Virus record (IMG/VR): IMGVR_UViG_3300011113_000265
Span: 33,018 to 97,017 of that record
DNA length: 64,000 nt
Strand: one strand, 5' to 3'
Source of the DNA: a virus
Lineage: Duplodnaviria > Caudoviricetes
Positions within the stretch are counted from its first letter, which is position 1; every line of letters begins with the position of its first letter. Below the pieces are notes generated by a model. That model ran no database searches, was not told where the DNA came from, and saw only the letters and a list, made by a program, of their open reading frames with translations. Shown in pieces: positions 23,001-32,107 of the stretch. Both the position numbers and the translations under genes were made by a program.

Positions 23001-23449
23001 ATATTTCAAATCCTTTCTTATTATATACTAAACAATATACTAAAGAAAGTAAGATTGTTTTACAAGATGAATTTGGAAATACAATTATACCTGAAGGTGG
23101 TGTTAATGGTATAGATTATACTATTAAACCTGGTGATAAAGCTAATGAAAAGATAGTAAACTTAATTAGTAATTATCAAATATCTGAAATTGCTGAAGCT
23201 CCTAGTAGTGAAACTGTTGCTAAACAAGCTATTGTTGAACTTACTCAACCTACTACACCTACTCAACCACAAGCTGATACATTTTATAATCTTAAAGATT
23301 TTTCAGATGAACAGAAATTTAGTATATTAGATAATATGATATCTAAAGGTGATGCTACTACTGAAGAAGATGCTGTAGATCAATTAAATCAAATGTTAGC
23401 AACTGATAAGCAGTTTGCTGTTGAATATATGAAATCTTGTTTAACTTAA
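17003..23449 (+). CDS. Virion-packaged DNA-dependent RNA polymerase (phi14:2 gp66-like)
   Basis: 2148 aa; GLRIPNQQMSS followed by VKTGSDYDIDK (DxDxD metal motif), FFGDPALY, SSAAKFG, GGKKGVGIVA, SQVDIVKD. Confidence 0.88.
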   Translation: MIFACPIKSSQAWKDLEATYGKQMAWNLYYMNAGTIPSLTEAKLIRVNHESQLNSFMFEDIKLSSTEKDDLFKTLKYWFIRNMTGSFDTLDKLENLLEDEIDSKTLRTIYENTLTDIFNNIGPEPGSRLEQIFIAIVKDHPYDETTKSNIFLEEFGIDAGYGQGLIYNQFKKQLNNLLSFEVDDESENEKTKGNEDVKDSYGKEALKQNRKDSFSRGIKLLLSGIPKLQGTNLSDINSYVTTQTFGSAQPMDQSTVNNLLLNTFANTPANINDFFEKIYKEKDNNPTINWLYEKIFQHVKVTTNEQGIIVNSEIKADETNLARLNLINKFIQSFANYKYKLNSFVVSPSDSSAEGFNIKKQDADTNNLKNRMLKEWDANLIKNYSEGFVDSKGYKINFNSNQGFLNYILNEKTPLIDRLTALGIPNIENRMLDSEELLPIRNTKATLFDVSSQLLNSIRTNQNKILNLSNIQEIFNPKAKDEFLDMHVSVVGILEHLIPYRKDYDNQLYNIDGNLISSINLNNYQTLMLTRLQSAVSKALKIYPDDWAKNNGKNVLEYLNNEIPEALNLWSSDSIFLDRIIRGNNLSIELLDGMTSVGESGVHTSVLSETDLWSTFIDSSLDNLFPAIKHADRSMFYGYSFGYGDTDILSNSGKYVPNVEWKNVFKNYLFKYLDTEIRRIRIAQDKNSIGNQIQNYNKQSKKFILFEDILDVNNSANQNKIDDLINSYTGFDNLVNNPWVADRFENWSNQYFTKTIAAANSVGIGENIKNSGIDAKILNKLYVALDYSARSKPKNKQFLDEVISIAAAKYFIGSIEQSKLFFGDPALYNIKESDGILIYDMIKRVNMQSSTKMVGIVDDINNSFLNNLALDKKYQISFDGQNYFSYKKNFDGTITELVINDPKTITSIGTELAMIFGEDSPEYKAYTKGFEEPDGYSIGNIFFALEGIIRTEGIASGRLNVLEKELKALHSSKEEINKLYTIPKGMSAKDYMTNELRPFTQQKFQYLGPNYMTDRDSYIKSGSEGEWKNRLGFVAGRKTSYGYLMPSMVKGTVLEQLNRFMLENGIDVIHFSSAAKFGAGKTRNFYSTTTTPEGITHTTRFNNAPIEYGEIGYLDFRYMGKQQEVSYESKNEASDSTQGRKTNLSGIIENGEAINEELEQYLEEYDNIYRDLISELIKELSNSYKLSPVTFNMMDTMKFVNLIRKQAEQRDSPNNIIDSIVDWANSDTTLKYIESLANYQKIQYVLTSIVTNKLLILKRPGTMLPQSPSTGWENKARQVIGDKLVASDEYKFYTFEYDTDGNIIKVNPCECAIPLPVKYIDGLLDYYDGSQVLVNNEIIRKPNAQRSISKLIDILNEEIESGNVQHQITIKGLRIPNQQMSSNDVFKVKKFLNPIYNQTIIVPNEIIVKTGSDYDIDKESLYFPILDDKMMIKGPDELNNIQKAQQDLLSLEIKMLLHPSRVKRLLTPVTEGSIKQIAKDKQKQIAQQEKNSPNKTVNKPATHLFEMSSLIDGTLEYVGGKKGVGIVATWITFHKLAERYKITLKPSYYDASKETYISTALNNQFLDGVDKYDTEGNIIFYNTYNEHNGVIEQIEDILSSLITSQVDIVKDSYSSVVNIKLNTLNLVCYLVMRGCSTQSIINFIDNPYVKQFNKIKDINKAQSINSDYARSNKDIVEFIANKNKNIEALLNEYIKLSEQSFKIKDVKDYLSADTKYLKSPEEVWEVDNTLYSKIISTEGLISENQINNLRDNSLLSGFITSRSLINTIFDRLYLTRNSSNKELVNKQSLLTRNGFSHIFNTEAKNKAVKRYNEHFVTFLIQNIIKHNYDNLKSGPNSLAKRILRAKDNPQFKNNTLIKQLVAIIDNKLGNNTNQQIDNIKLYFSKLTTAETNNLISNYEDIEKIDNDLYKDLVYFNLYQAGISNSPYQLNKILSYKGQKLVLNAINSPEIQKLLTDENLAIFYDKFFKNNPTLVKKNRKIKASDFVENNDFESFEKSMDYISNPFLLYTKQYTKESKIVLQDEFGNTIIPEGGVNGIDYTIKPGDKANEKIVNLISNYQISEIAEAPSSETVAKQAIVELTQPTTPTQPQADTFYNLKDFSDEQKFSILDNMISKGDATTEEDAVDQLNQMLATDKQFAVEYMKSCLT

Positions 23450-23463
23450 AAATATAAAATATA

Positions 23464-23874
23464 ATGTTACCTAAATTAAAAGGAAGTCAAATGGAACCTG
23501 CTGGTTCAACTAAAGCTGCTGTGCAAGCTATATCACAATGCTTATTTGAAGTTGAAATTCAAATGCATATAGTACATTTACAAGCAAGAGATAAATCATT
23601 TGCAATGCATGAAGCTCTTGGTGCATTCTACTCATCACTAGCTGATCTTAATGATGATTTAGTAGAAAAGAGTTTTGTTAAGACTGGTCTTATGATGAAT
23701 TACACTAGTATGAATATTACTAATAATGTAGAACCTATTTCTTATATTAAAAAAGAAATGGCTAAGATTGAGTCTATGAGAACTAAAGTTACTGAAGGTT
23801 ATATACAACAAATAGTTGATAATATACTTGAGCAATTTGCTCATGCAATTTACAAACTTGAAAATCTACACTAA
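23464..23874 (+). CDS. Ferritin/Dps-like four-helix protein (DUF5856-like)
   Basis: HIVHLQ...FAMHEALGAFYSSLADLNDDLVE...IYKL pattern. Confidence 0.7.
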   Translation: MLPKLKGSQMEPAGSTKAAVQAISQCLFEVEIQMHIVHLQARDKSFAMHEALGAFYSSLADLNDDLVEKSFVKTGLMMNYTSMNITNNVEPISYIKKEMAKIESMRTKVTEGYIQQIVDNILEQFAHAIYKLENLH

Positions 23875-26800
23875 TGGCTGTATTTTGTATAACAACTAGT
23901 AATCCTGAATTCCAAAAGCTACTAGCTGAAAGTGGAAAGAAACAAGGCGTGTTTGCTATGATGGTTTCTAAATGGATGACTGAAAATGAAGTATATGATA
24001 GGTACCCAACTTTACAAGAGTTGGGTATTTCTCCTATAACTAGTGTTAAACCAAATAAATTATTTGGATTATCTGAATCAGAAAATTTACAATTTAGTAT
24101 AAATACACTAAATGCTATAAATGAATTTTTACAAGAAATTGGAGTAGAACAAAGATTTATTTCACAATTTATGAATGAGCAAGGTATTGCTCAAGATAAT
24201 GTTCTTGCTGCTGCTAATTTTATTCAAGGTACTGTTGATATAATTGATGATGTAGAAAAAAGACCTTTAGCATGGGATAAACTTCCTGAAGAAGCTGCTC
24301 ACTGGTGGTATAGATTATTAAAACATTCATCACCTTTAAAAAAATCATTATGGGAAGCTGCTAAAAATTCTGATAAATTAAAAGAACTAGCAGGTTCTAA
24401 TTATGGTGATTATAATTCATTAGATGCTTTTACAGAAGAAGCTATTGGACAATTAATTGCTGAATCTATATATAGAATTCAAAATAATAAAGCAACTGAA
24501 GCAGATAAAAATTTTTGGGATAAATTTATTGATTGGATTAAAAAATTACTTAATAAAGTAGAACAACATATAAATACTCCTTTTGATGAAGCTGCTGAAA
24601 AAATATTAAATAAAGATATAAAAGATTTATATGATTTAGAATATTATTCTAATATTGTTAATAGGTTAACTGATAATGAATTAGATAAAATTGTAAATGA
24701 TATTCATAATAATGATATTATATATGATTCTAAAAATAAAAATATTATATATCAATATAATAATTTAGCGTATAATATTAATTTTTATCTTGATGAGTCA
24801 AATAAACAACTTAATTTAAATTTTAGTTCTCAATTTGATACTCAAAATCCTTATACAAATTTTATACAAACAATTATTCCTGATATATGGCAATATCAAA
24901 GTTCAGGTTTTTCAAAAACAGATATTAATAGTATTTCTAGTGATGAAGAATTAACCGAATATTTAATGGATGCTCTTCAATATTTCAATTTAAGTAAATA
25001 TGAAGAAGTTAAACAAAATATTCAAAAGTCAATTTCTAAATCATATTCAGATATTACAGATATTAATATTTTAAAACAAATATTTAATAGATTATTTAGT
25101 GATGGAGCTTTTGATGAATTATTTCAAGAATATAAAAATAAATCTATAAATAAAGGAAAGTTTATTGTTGAATTAAAAAAAATAACTAATAACTATATTA
25201 ATATAAATAATTCTCAAATAGATATTAATTTATTAGATAAAGAATTAAATTTAAAATCAACAAGAGTATTTAATAAAGGACATTTTCAAAAAATAGAATT
25301 ACCTAGAATTTTAAATGCTTTAGTTTATAATAAATTAAATGATATTAAAGCTAATAAATATTTACTAGTTAAAAATTTTAGAGAAAATTCTAAAGATTTA
25401 TCTACAGATACAATTAAAACAATTTTTAAATTAAATGAATTAATAGATCGCAAACTTAAAAATAAACCTATAGATAGTAGTAAATTTAAAGAAGAAGCTT
25501 TAAAAAAGATATATGATATTATAATTAATGATTTTAATGATTTAGGATATTCAGATTATATTATTAATTCTAATCAAAATAATTCAGTTGGATTTAAAAT
25601 AAATGATTTATTATTTGATGATTTTAAATTATTAGAAAATATAAAATATGATTCTAAAAATAAAGGTATAAGATTTTGGGCAGAAATACCTGAAACATTT
25701 TCTCAAGTTTATGGAAATAGTTTTTTTGTTAAATTATTAATAGATAATTTAAAGAAAGATAATATTTATAATGATATTATGAATCCTATAAAAGGATATT
25801 ATGATAAAATTAAATTTTCAAAATATTCTTTTAGTAATTTAAATATAAAAAATATTAATTCTGATGAATTTAAAGAAATTTTATTTTTTGATAGTATATT
25901 ATTATCATCTGATTTAAAACAAAATTTAAGTAATATTGTTAAAGAAAAAACTGGTAAATCTTTAAGTGTTTATTTTTCTAATATATTAAATAATACATTA
26001 AATACTGAATATTTAAATAGTGAGAAAAAAATAATTAATAGAAAATTAGGAGTTAATAAATTATATTCTGAAGAATATTTTAAATCTTTTGATAAAATAG
26101 ATAGATTTTTTATTGCTGCTAAAATTTCTGAAATTTTAGAAACAAGTAATAAAAAAGTAATTACTGAACTTGCTGTTCTAAATGTAATGAATCAAATTAA
26201 TTATGATCCAAATGAAGCTTATGAAAGAGGTTTTGGATTTTATCATGGTTTTCCAGGATATTCAGATCAAACTGAAACAAATGAAATAACTTTTAGTGAT
26301 GTTAAAAATTTTGTAGATGGTGTATTATGGAGTACTGATAGAGAATTACATTTTCCATTATCAACTTATACTGCTCAATCTAAATTTAAAAATGAAAAAT
26401 GGAATCATAAATTAGGATCACGTAGACAACAAGTTAGAATTGTTTTATTTCCTGAATCTTCTGATATTAAATTAGCAGGTAAAGATGATATTTATTCAGG
26501 TCAAAGAGATAGTGTAAGATTAGAAGAATTAAATTTAAAGTTACCTGTTACTAAATATTATTTTAGAGATGTTGATAGTATTACATCAACTATTGCAGAT
26601 TCAATAGAACTTAGAGATCATAATCATAATGAACAAGTTATTGATTTAAAAAAAGGTAGATTTTATTTTGAATATGATGATGATATTTCAGATGAAATTA
26701 AAAATTATTTAAATACAGTAAATCAAAAATTATTAAATAATTTAAAAGTAAATCCAAATATTATTAATGAAAACTCTGATTATATTGATAATTCACCTTA

Positions 26801-27308
26801 TGTTGTTAAAAGAACTAATAAATCTTTAATTGATATTAAAAAATCTAATGAAGTAAATAAAAAATTTACTAAAGGTCCTTTAATTAATATATCTAAATTA
26901 TATAAAGATATTAAAAAAGAATTAACAGAAGATAAAATTATAAAATATAAATTAGAAAAAAGAGAAAATTTAACTAATTATTTAGAAGCTTATATAAAAG
27001 ATTTTAAAGAATTTAATCAAGTATTAAATCAATATACTGATTATCGACAAGATAAAGAAAATCTTTTATATAATAATGATATAATTGAAGTAATTGATTT
27101 TTATTTAAATAGTGGTGAAGCTCCAACTTTTACTAATTTTCAATCTCATGTTAATACTAATAGAATAAATTATTTATTTGCTATAGATCAAGCTAATAAA
27201 CAAACTTATTCTTATAGTAGTCAAACTGGATTAGCTATGTCTAATGCTGAAGCTAAAGCTTTTAATAGTTTAGTAAATGATGGTACAATATCAATTAAAT
27301 GTGAATAA
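23874..27308 (+). CDS. Large virion cargo protein with degenerate zincin-like N-terminal domain
   Basis: 1144 aa; LPEEAAHWW...EEAIGQLIAE...FWDKFIDWIKKL; very AT-rich centre. Confidence 0.55.
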   Translation: MAVFCITTSNPEFQKLLAESGKKQGVFAMMVSKWMTENEVYDRYPTLQELGISPITSVKPNKLFGLSESENLQFSINTLNAINEFLQEIGVEQRFISQFMNEQGIAQDNVLAAANFIQGTVDIIDDVEKRPLAWDKLPEEAAHWWYRLLKHSSPLKKSLWEAAKNSDKLKELAGSNYGDYNSLDAFTEEAIGQLIAESIYRIQNNKATEADKNFWDKFIDWIKKLLNKVEQHINTPFDEAAEKILNKDIKDLYDLEYYSNIVNRLTDNELDKIVNDIHNNDIIYDSKNKNIIYQYNNLAYNINFYLDESNKQLNLNFSSQFDTQNPYTNFIQTIIPDIWQYQSSGFSKTDINSISSDEELTEYLMDALQYFNLSKYEEVKQNIQKSISKSYSDITDINILKQIFNRLFSDGAFDELFQEYKNKSINKGKFIVELKKITNNYININNSQIDINLLDKELNLKSTRVFNKGHFQKIELPRILNALVYNKLNDIKANKYLLVKNFRENSKDLSTDTIKTIFKLNELIDRKLKNKPIDSSKFKEEALKKIYDIIINDFNDLGYSDYIINSNQNNSVGFKINDLLFDDFKLLENIKYDSKNKGIRFWAEIPETFSQVYGNSFFVKLLIDNLKKDNIYNDIMNPIKGYYDKIKFSKYSFSNLNIKNINSDEFKEILFFDSILLSSDLKQNLSNIVKEKTGKSLSVYFSNILNNTLNTEYLNSEKKIINRKLGVNKLYSEEYFKSFDKIDRFFIAAKISEILETSNKKVITELAVLNVMNQINYDPNEAYERGFGFYHGFPGYSDQTETNEITFSDVKNFVDGVLWSTDRELHFPLSTYTAQSKFKNEKWNHKLGSRRQQVRIVLFPESSDIKLAGKDDIYSGQRDSVRLEELNLKLPVTKYYFRDVDSITSTIADSIELRDHNHNEQVIDLKKGRFYFEYDDDISDEIKNYLNTVNQKLLNNLKVNPNIINENSDYIDNSPYVVKRTNKSLIDIKKSNEVNKKFTKGPLINISKLYKDIKKELTEDKIIKYKLEKRENLTNYLEAYIKDFKEFNQVLNQYTDYRQDKENLLYNNDIIEVIDFYLNSGEAPTFTNFQSHVNTNRINYLFAIDQANKQTYSYSSQTGLAMSNAEAKAFNSLVNDGTISIKCE

Positions 27309-27538
27309 TGTTATTACAATTAAACCCAACAATACCTGTGTATATCCCTGAGTTTGATGCTGAAGGATATGCATTTTTAGTTAATGAAACACATGAAGAA
27401 GATTATCTTTATTTTACTGTTGCTTTAGATAATGGTGAGATATGGATACTTGATAATAGAAGAGTTAGATTTTGTGTTAATAGAACTAAATCTAGAAATA
27501 AAATAAATAAATTAAATAAATCAGAATACATAAAATGA
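27308..27538 (+). CDS. Small hypothetical phage protein
   Basis: 76 aa; start and stop overlap both neighbours. Confidence 0.6.
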   Translation: MLLQLNPTIPVYIPEFDAEGYAFLVNETHEEDYLYFTVALDNGEIWILDNRRVRFCVNRTKSRNKINKLNKSEYIK

Positions 27539-30500
27539 GTTGTTCAATAGATCCAGATAAAATAACAGTTGGTGAAGTTAGAGATCTTGTTAGGCGTAAA
27601 GAATTTAGTGAATTTAAACCTAATAAAGATGATGCTGCTTCTGATGTTATTAAAAAAATACAAGCTTTACAAAATAAAGTAACTACTGAATTAGTAGATA
27701 ATACACAGCTAGTTAAAGGATATCATTTAGATCCTAGTGGTAAGACTATGCGTTATGTATGGTTAGATACTAAAGAACTAGCTTTTAGTGGTAGGGTAAC
27801 TGATATTAATAAAGCTAAATTTGTTAAAAGAAAAGGTGTTAAAGCTGCTGAAGAATTATCTAGTTTACCTGATAATATTATAAAACGTGATGCTGGTACT
27901 AAAGTACATAAAGCATTAGAAAAACTTGCTTTTTGGTTTATTAAAAATGATAAGTCTGGTTTAGTTGCTAATGATTTATCTAAAATACCTGATGTTGATG
28001 AAGATCAAATAAAAAATGAATTAGGTGTTTCAGATGGAGTTTTTTTAAATTTAAAAGAAGCATTTTCTGAAATATGGAGTACTGTTAAAAGTACACAAAA
28101 ACAAATTGACCCTAATGGAAAGTTTTGGATAAATCCTGAAACTTTTATGTTAGATTTTACAACATTTGATAAAGGTGGTACTGCAGATTTACTTATAGTT
28201 TACTCAGATAAAAGTGGTGGTTTATTTGATTATAAAACCATGAGTCCTTTAACAGATGAGAATTATAAAATTAAAGATCCTAATTGGATTGCTGATTATA
28301 AAATAGATGAGTTTAATACTCAAATATCTACTTTAATAGATATGTATAAAAAAATAGGTATTACTAAATTTAGACATGCTAGAATTGTACCTATTCAAAT
28401 TAGTTTAGCTCCTAAAGCTAAAACTGATACTACTAAAGCAGAAGGTGCTAAATTAACTGATAAATTTGTTACTGTTAAAATGGGTGAAAAGTTTGATGAA
28501 TATCTAACTCAAATACCTATTATAGTAGAAGAAACTGGTAATGAATCTTTAGATAGAGCTATTAAAGAAGCAATTACTCTTAAAAATAATCTTAATAAAA
28601 GATTAAAAAAATATAAAGAGGATAGTGCTGAGTATAATAAATTAGTATTTAGAATTAAAAAACTAAATAAAAGTATTAATGAAATTATGCTTAATAAAGA
28701 TATTAACTTTATGTTTAAACAATATAGAGAACTTGTTAATAGATATATGAAGGGTAATTCTTTAATGGTAGAAACAAGAGATCCTAATAATTCTTTATTT
28801 TTAAATAATCAAAAGATTAAAGATTTACTTGATGATTTAAGTATATTTGAAGCTATTGCTAGTTCTACTCCTGACTTTATTGATTCACTTGAATTAGGTG
28901 ATTTTACTCCTGAATCATATTTAAATGCTTTAAATGAAATACTAGGTAAAACAACTTTTTTAAAAAATAGTTTAGAGCAAAGACTTATTGATTTAAACTT
29001 AACTACTGATGAATATCAAGCTGCTAAGAATGATAAAAGCTTAAGTTGGTTTGATAAGTTATTTAGAAGATTTAGTAATATTAATAATACTATTTTTCAA
29101 AAAGTTAAACAACTATTAGACTTAGCTAATACAAGAACTAGATTAGATATTAGAAACTTTGAGAGCCAGCTAAAAAAAATAGATCAGGCCGTACAAGCTT
29201 ACGGTAACTCTGTAGGACTTTCAGGTATGAAAGTGTATGAACTATTTGTAAATAAAAAAACAGGTAATTTACATACTAAATACCTTAGTAAATTTTATGA
29301 TGAGTTATCTGAAGCTAGAAAAGATAAAGATGATGCTTTTTTAAATAAATATCTTAAACTTCGTGAAGATGCTCAAGAAATATTTGAAAAACGCAAACTT
29401 GATTATATGTTTAAAAACTCTTTAGTAGAAAGTGATTTAGAAAAAAATGATGCTTATATTAAATGGGAATCTGAAAATAATCCATCTAAACCTAGTTCTA
29501 ACACTAAATATTCTAACTATTGGTTTACTTATTATGAAATAAATGAAGATGCTATTCCTAATGAATATTTTAATCCTGATTTCATAAAGATTAAAAGCAA
29601 TCAAGCTTTATTAGATTATTATAATTTTTGGACAGATAGTATGGAAACCTTTAGAGAGTATCTTGATCTTAGTGGTGATAAAATACCTAGAAATTTTATA
29701 CCTTGGATTAAAGCTAATACTGTAGAACAGTTTATGAATAATGGGATTAATATATCTTTAGATAGTTTTAAAAACATTATGAGTATTCAAGAAAATAATG
29801 AACTTGTGTTTAGAGAAGGTTATATTGAATTAAAAAGTGAAATAGATCCTGACACTGGTTTACCTAAAAGAGAAATACCTAGATACTTTATTAATCCTTT
29901 AATTAATCAACAAGGAGAAATAGATAGTAGTTTAAAATCTTTTGATTTATCTTCAAGTTTAATGATATTTGCTGGTATGGCTTATAATTATAACAATCTT
30001 AAAGAACATGAAAATACTATTGAAGCTCTTAAAGAAGTTCTTGCTAAATTAGGTGTAGTACAAACTACTGCTGAAGGTAAAACATTACCTAATTCTGAAA
30101 TTGGTAAAAGATCTGCTGAATTTAAATTATTAGAAGATCTTATTAATTCTCAATTATATGGAGCTTATTATAAAGAAAAACCTAGTAAAGCAACACAAGG
30201 TCTTCAAAAATTAAGATCTTATCAACAACTTACTACATTAGCTTTAGATCCTATATCATCAACAGTTAACTTAATGGGTGCTAGAACTAATGCTTTGTTT
30301 CAAGGTGTTAAAGGTTATTTTTATACTAGAGCAATGTATAATAAAGCATTAGATAATAGATTTAGAGATACTGAAAGATATAAAGCTTTAGCACATTTTT
30401 TTCAACCATATGCTAATAAACGTGTAGATGAAATAGCAAAAGAATTTAAAGGTAATAAGATTGCTAAAAAATTTAGTTATGATAACTTATTTGTTGGTTT

Positions 30501-31653
30501 TAGATTAGGTGATGAGCATATTGATGAACAAGTACTTAATAGTATGTTACAAAACTATACTATTGTTGATGGTAAATTAAAAAGACTTACTGAAAAAGAT
30601 AGAAATGCTGGTACTTATAAAAGCTTGTTAGATAGTAGTTCTGTTGATTCTGAAGGTAATCTTATTATTGAAGGATTACTTGATGCTAATGGTAAAGTTG
30701 ATGAACAAGTATATACTCAATTTAGAAATACTGTATTAAATACAATTGCTACTATTAAAGGAGGTCTTAATAGTGAAGATATGAATGCTATTAATCTTAG
30801 TATGAGTGGTAAAATGTTAATGACTTTTAGAAACTGGTTACCTGATCTTGCTGATGAAAGATTTAGAGGTATTACTGATGTATGGAGTAGTAGTAGATCA
30901 TCTTTAAGAATAAATCCTGTTACTAATACAGTTATTGAAGGTAGATATACTGCTTTTTTTAGTGATATGAATACTGAAGATAAAGCATTACTAAACTTAG
31001 TTGGAACAGTGGCTCATTCTATTGGTAAACTTAGTCTTGATGTAATTACATTTGGTGGATTTTTTAATACTGTATCACCTTTAAGATATAAAGTTAATGA
31101 GGATAGAGCTAAAATGGCTTTTGAAAAGTTTTTAGAATTGAATAAAGATTTACCTGCTGTTGCAAATGGTACTTATACTTTTGAAGATTTTTTAGAATAT
31201 AAGCAAGGTCAAATTAAAGCTTTATCAATTGAGTTACAATTTATGGTTTCAGTAATACTATTACTTATGGCTCTTGGTGGAGGTTTTGATGATGATGATG
31301 AAAAGTTTGCTAAAAAAAATCTAGCAACGCGCACTCTTTATAGAGTTCTTAATAGATATCGTAGAGAACTTGTTGGTATAATTAATCCTAATGACTGGAA
31401 TAGTATGTTTAGAGATCCACTACCTATTATGTCATTAGGTAATAAAACATTAAAAACTATAAATAATACTTTTGATACAGGTATGGATGTTACTTTTGGT
31501 GAAGCTGAAGGTAGATCTGTAATTAAGTGGTTTGGTAAAAAAGGTAAGAAAAAAGATATGACACCTGCTTTTTATTATACTTGGACTTGGATGCCTGGTT
31601 ATAAATTATTTAAATGGCTTGATATTTTTGAAAAAGATAAACAAAGACAATAA
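27535..31653 (+). CDS. Large virion cargo protein with N-terminal PD-(D/E)XK nuclease domain and C-terminal hydrophobic helix
   Basis: 1372 aa; AGTKVHKALE...PE...GTADLLIV...LFDYKT...Q; FMVSVILLLMALGGG near the C-terminus. Confidence 0.65.
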   Translation: MSCSIDPDKITVGEVRDLVRRKEFSEFKPNKDDAASDVIKKIQALQNKVTTELVDNTQLVKGYHLDPSGKTMRYVWLDTKELAFSGRVTDINKAKFVKRKGVKAAEELSSLPDNIIKRDAGTKVHKALEKLAFWFIKNDKSGLVANDLSKIPDVDEDQIKNELGVSDGVFLNLKEAFSEIWSTVKSTQKQIDPNGKFWINPETFMLDFTTFDKGGTADLLIVYSDKSGGLFDYKTMSPLTDENYKIKDPNWIADYKIDEFNTQISTLIDMYKKIGITKFRHARIVPIQISLAPKAKTDTTKAEGAKLTDKFVTVKMGEKFDEYLTQIPIIVEETGNESLDRAIKEAITLKNNLNKRLKKYKEDSAEYNKLVFRIKKLNKSINEIMLNKDINFMFKQYRELVNRYMKGNSLMVETRDPNNSLFLNNQKIKDLLDDLSIFEAIASSTPDFIDSLELGDFTPESYLNALNEILGKTTFLKNSLEQRLIDLNLTTDEYQAAKNDKSLSWFDKLFRRFSNINNTIFQKVKQLLDLANTRTRLDIRNFESQLKKIDQAVQAYGNSVGLSGMKVYELFVNKKTGNLHTKYLSKFYDELSEARKDKDDAFLNKYLKLREDAQEIFEKRKLDYMFKNSLVESDLEKNDAYIKWESENNPSKPSSNTKYSNYWFTYYEINEDAIPNEYFNPDFIKIKSNQALLDYYNFWTDSMETFREYLDLSGDKIPRNFIPWIKANTVEQFMNNGINISLDSFKNIMSIQENNELVFREGYIELKSEIDPDTGLPKREIPRYFINPLINQQGEIDSSLKSFDLSSSLMIFAGMAYNYNNLKEHENTIEALKEVLAKLGVVQTTAEGKTLPNSEIGKRSAEFKLLEDLINSQLYGAYYKEKPSKATQGLQKLRSYQQLTTLALDPISSTVNLMGARTNALFQGVKGYFYTRAMYNKALDNRFRDTERYKALAHFFQPYANKRVDEIAKEFKGNKIAKKFSYDNLFVGFRLGDEHIDEQVLNSMLQNYTIVDGKLKRLTEKDRNAGTYKSLLDSSSVDSEGNLIIEGLLDANGKVDEQVYTQFRNTVLNTIATIKGGLNSEDMNAINLSMSGKMLMTFRNWLPDLADERFRGITDVWSSSRSSLRINPVTNTVIEGRYTAFFSDMNTEDKALLNLVGTVAHSIGKLSLDVITFGGFFNTVSPLRYKVNEDRAKMAFEKFLELNKDLPAVANGTYTFEDFLEYKQGQIKALSIELQFMVSVILLLMALGGGFDDDDEKFAKKNLATRTLYRVLNRYRRELVGIINPNDWNSMFRDPLPIMSLGNKTLKTINNTFDTGMDVTFGEAEGRSVIKWFGKKGKKKDMTPAFYYTWTWMPGYKLFKWLDIFEKDKQRQ

Positions 31654-31669
31654 AATAAAAAGGGGAGTT

Positions 31670-32107
31670 ATGAAATTGTGGAAAGATATTCCAGGATATG
31701 AAGGATTTTATCAAGCTGATATATTTGGAAATATAAGATCTATTCGTTTTAAAAAACAAAAAAAGTTAAAATTTAGTTTTACAAAAACAGGATATTTAAA
31801 AATAAAATTAACTAATAGATATGGTAAACAAAATACGCATCAAGTTCATCGACTTATTGCATTAACATTTTTACCAAACTCTCAAAATTTACCAATAGTT
31901 CATCATAAAAATAATATAAGATCAGATAATAATATTGAAAATCTTGAATGGGTAAATCAAAAATATAATGTATTAAAAGAAAATAAATTATATATTACTT
32001 TATCAAAAAAAGAAAAATCAATTGTTGATGAATTTTCTAGAATGATTATAAAATATGGTGTTGAAAAATGTTATAATATTTTATATAAAATAAAAGGGGA
32101 GAAATAA
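31670..32107 (+). CDS. NUMOD4-HNH homing endonuclease
   Basis: WKDIPGYEGFYQ (NUMOD4), VHRLIALTF, VHHKNNIRSDNNIENLEWV; ATG at 31670 preferred to 31619. Confidence 0.9.
   Translation: MKLWKDIPGYEGFYQADIFGNIRSIRFKKQKKLKFSFTKTGYLKIKLTNRYGKQNTHQVHRLIALTFLPNSQNLPIVHHKNNIRSDNNIENLEWVNQKYNVLKENKLYITLSKKEKSIVDEFSRMIIKYGVEKCYNILYKIKGEK

Noticed and set aside
1281-23844. Short - strand ORFs inside the + arm (1281, 7358, 12315, 12778, 17146, 22234, 23659)
   Set aside because: Fully antisense to long motif-bearing genes; shadow ORFs with no recognisable motifs
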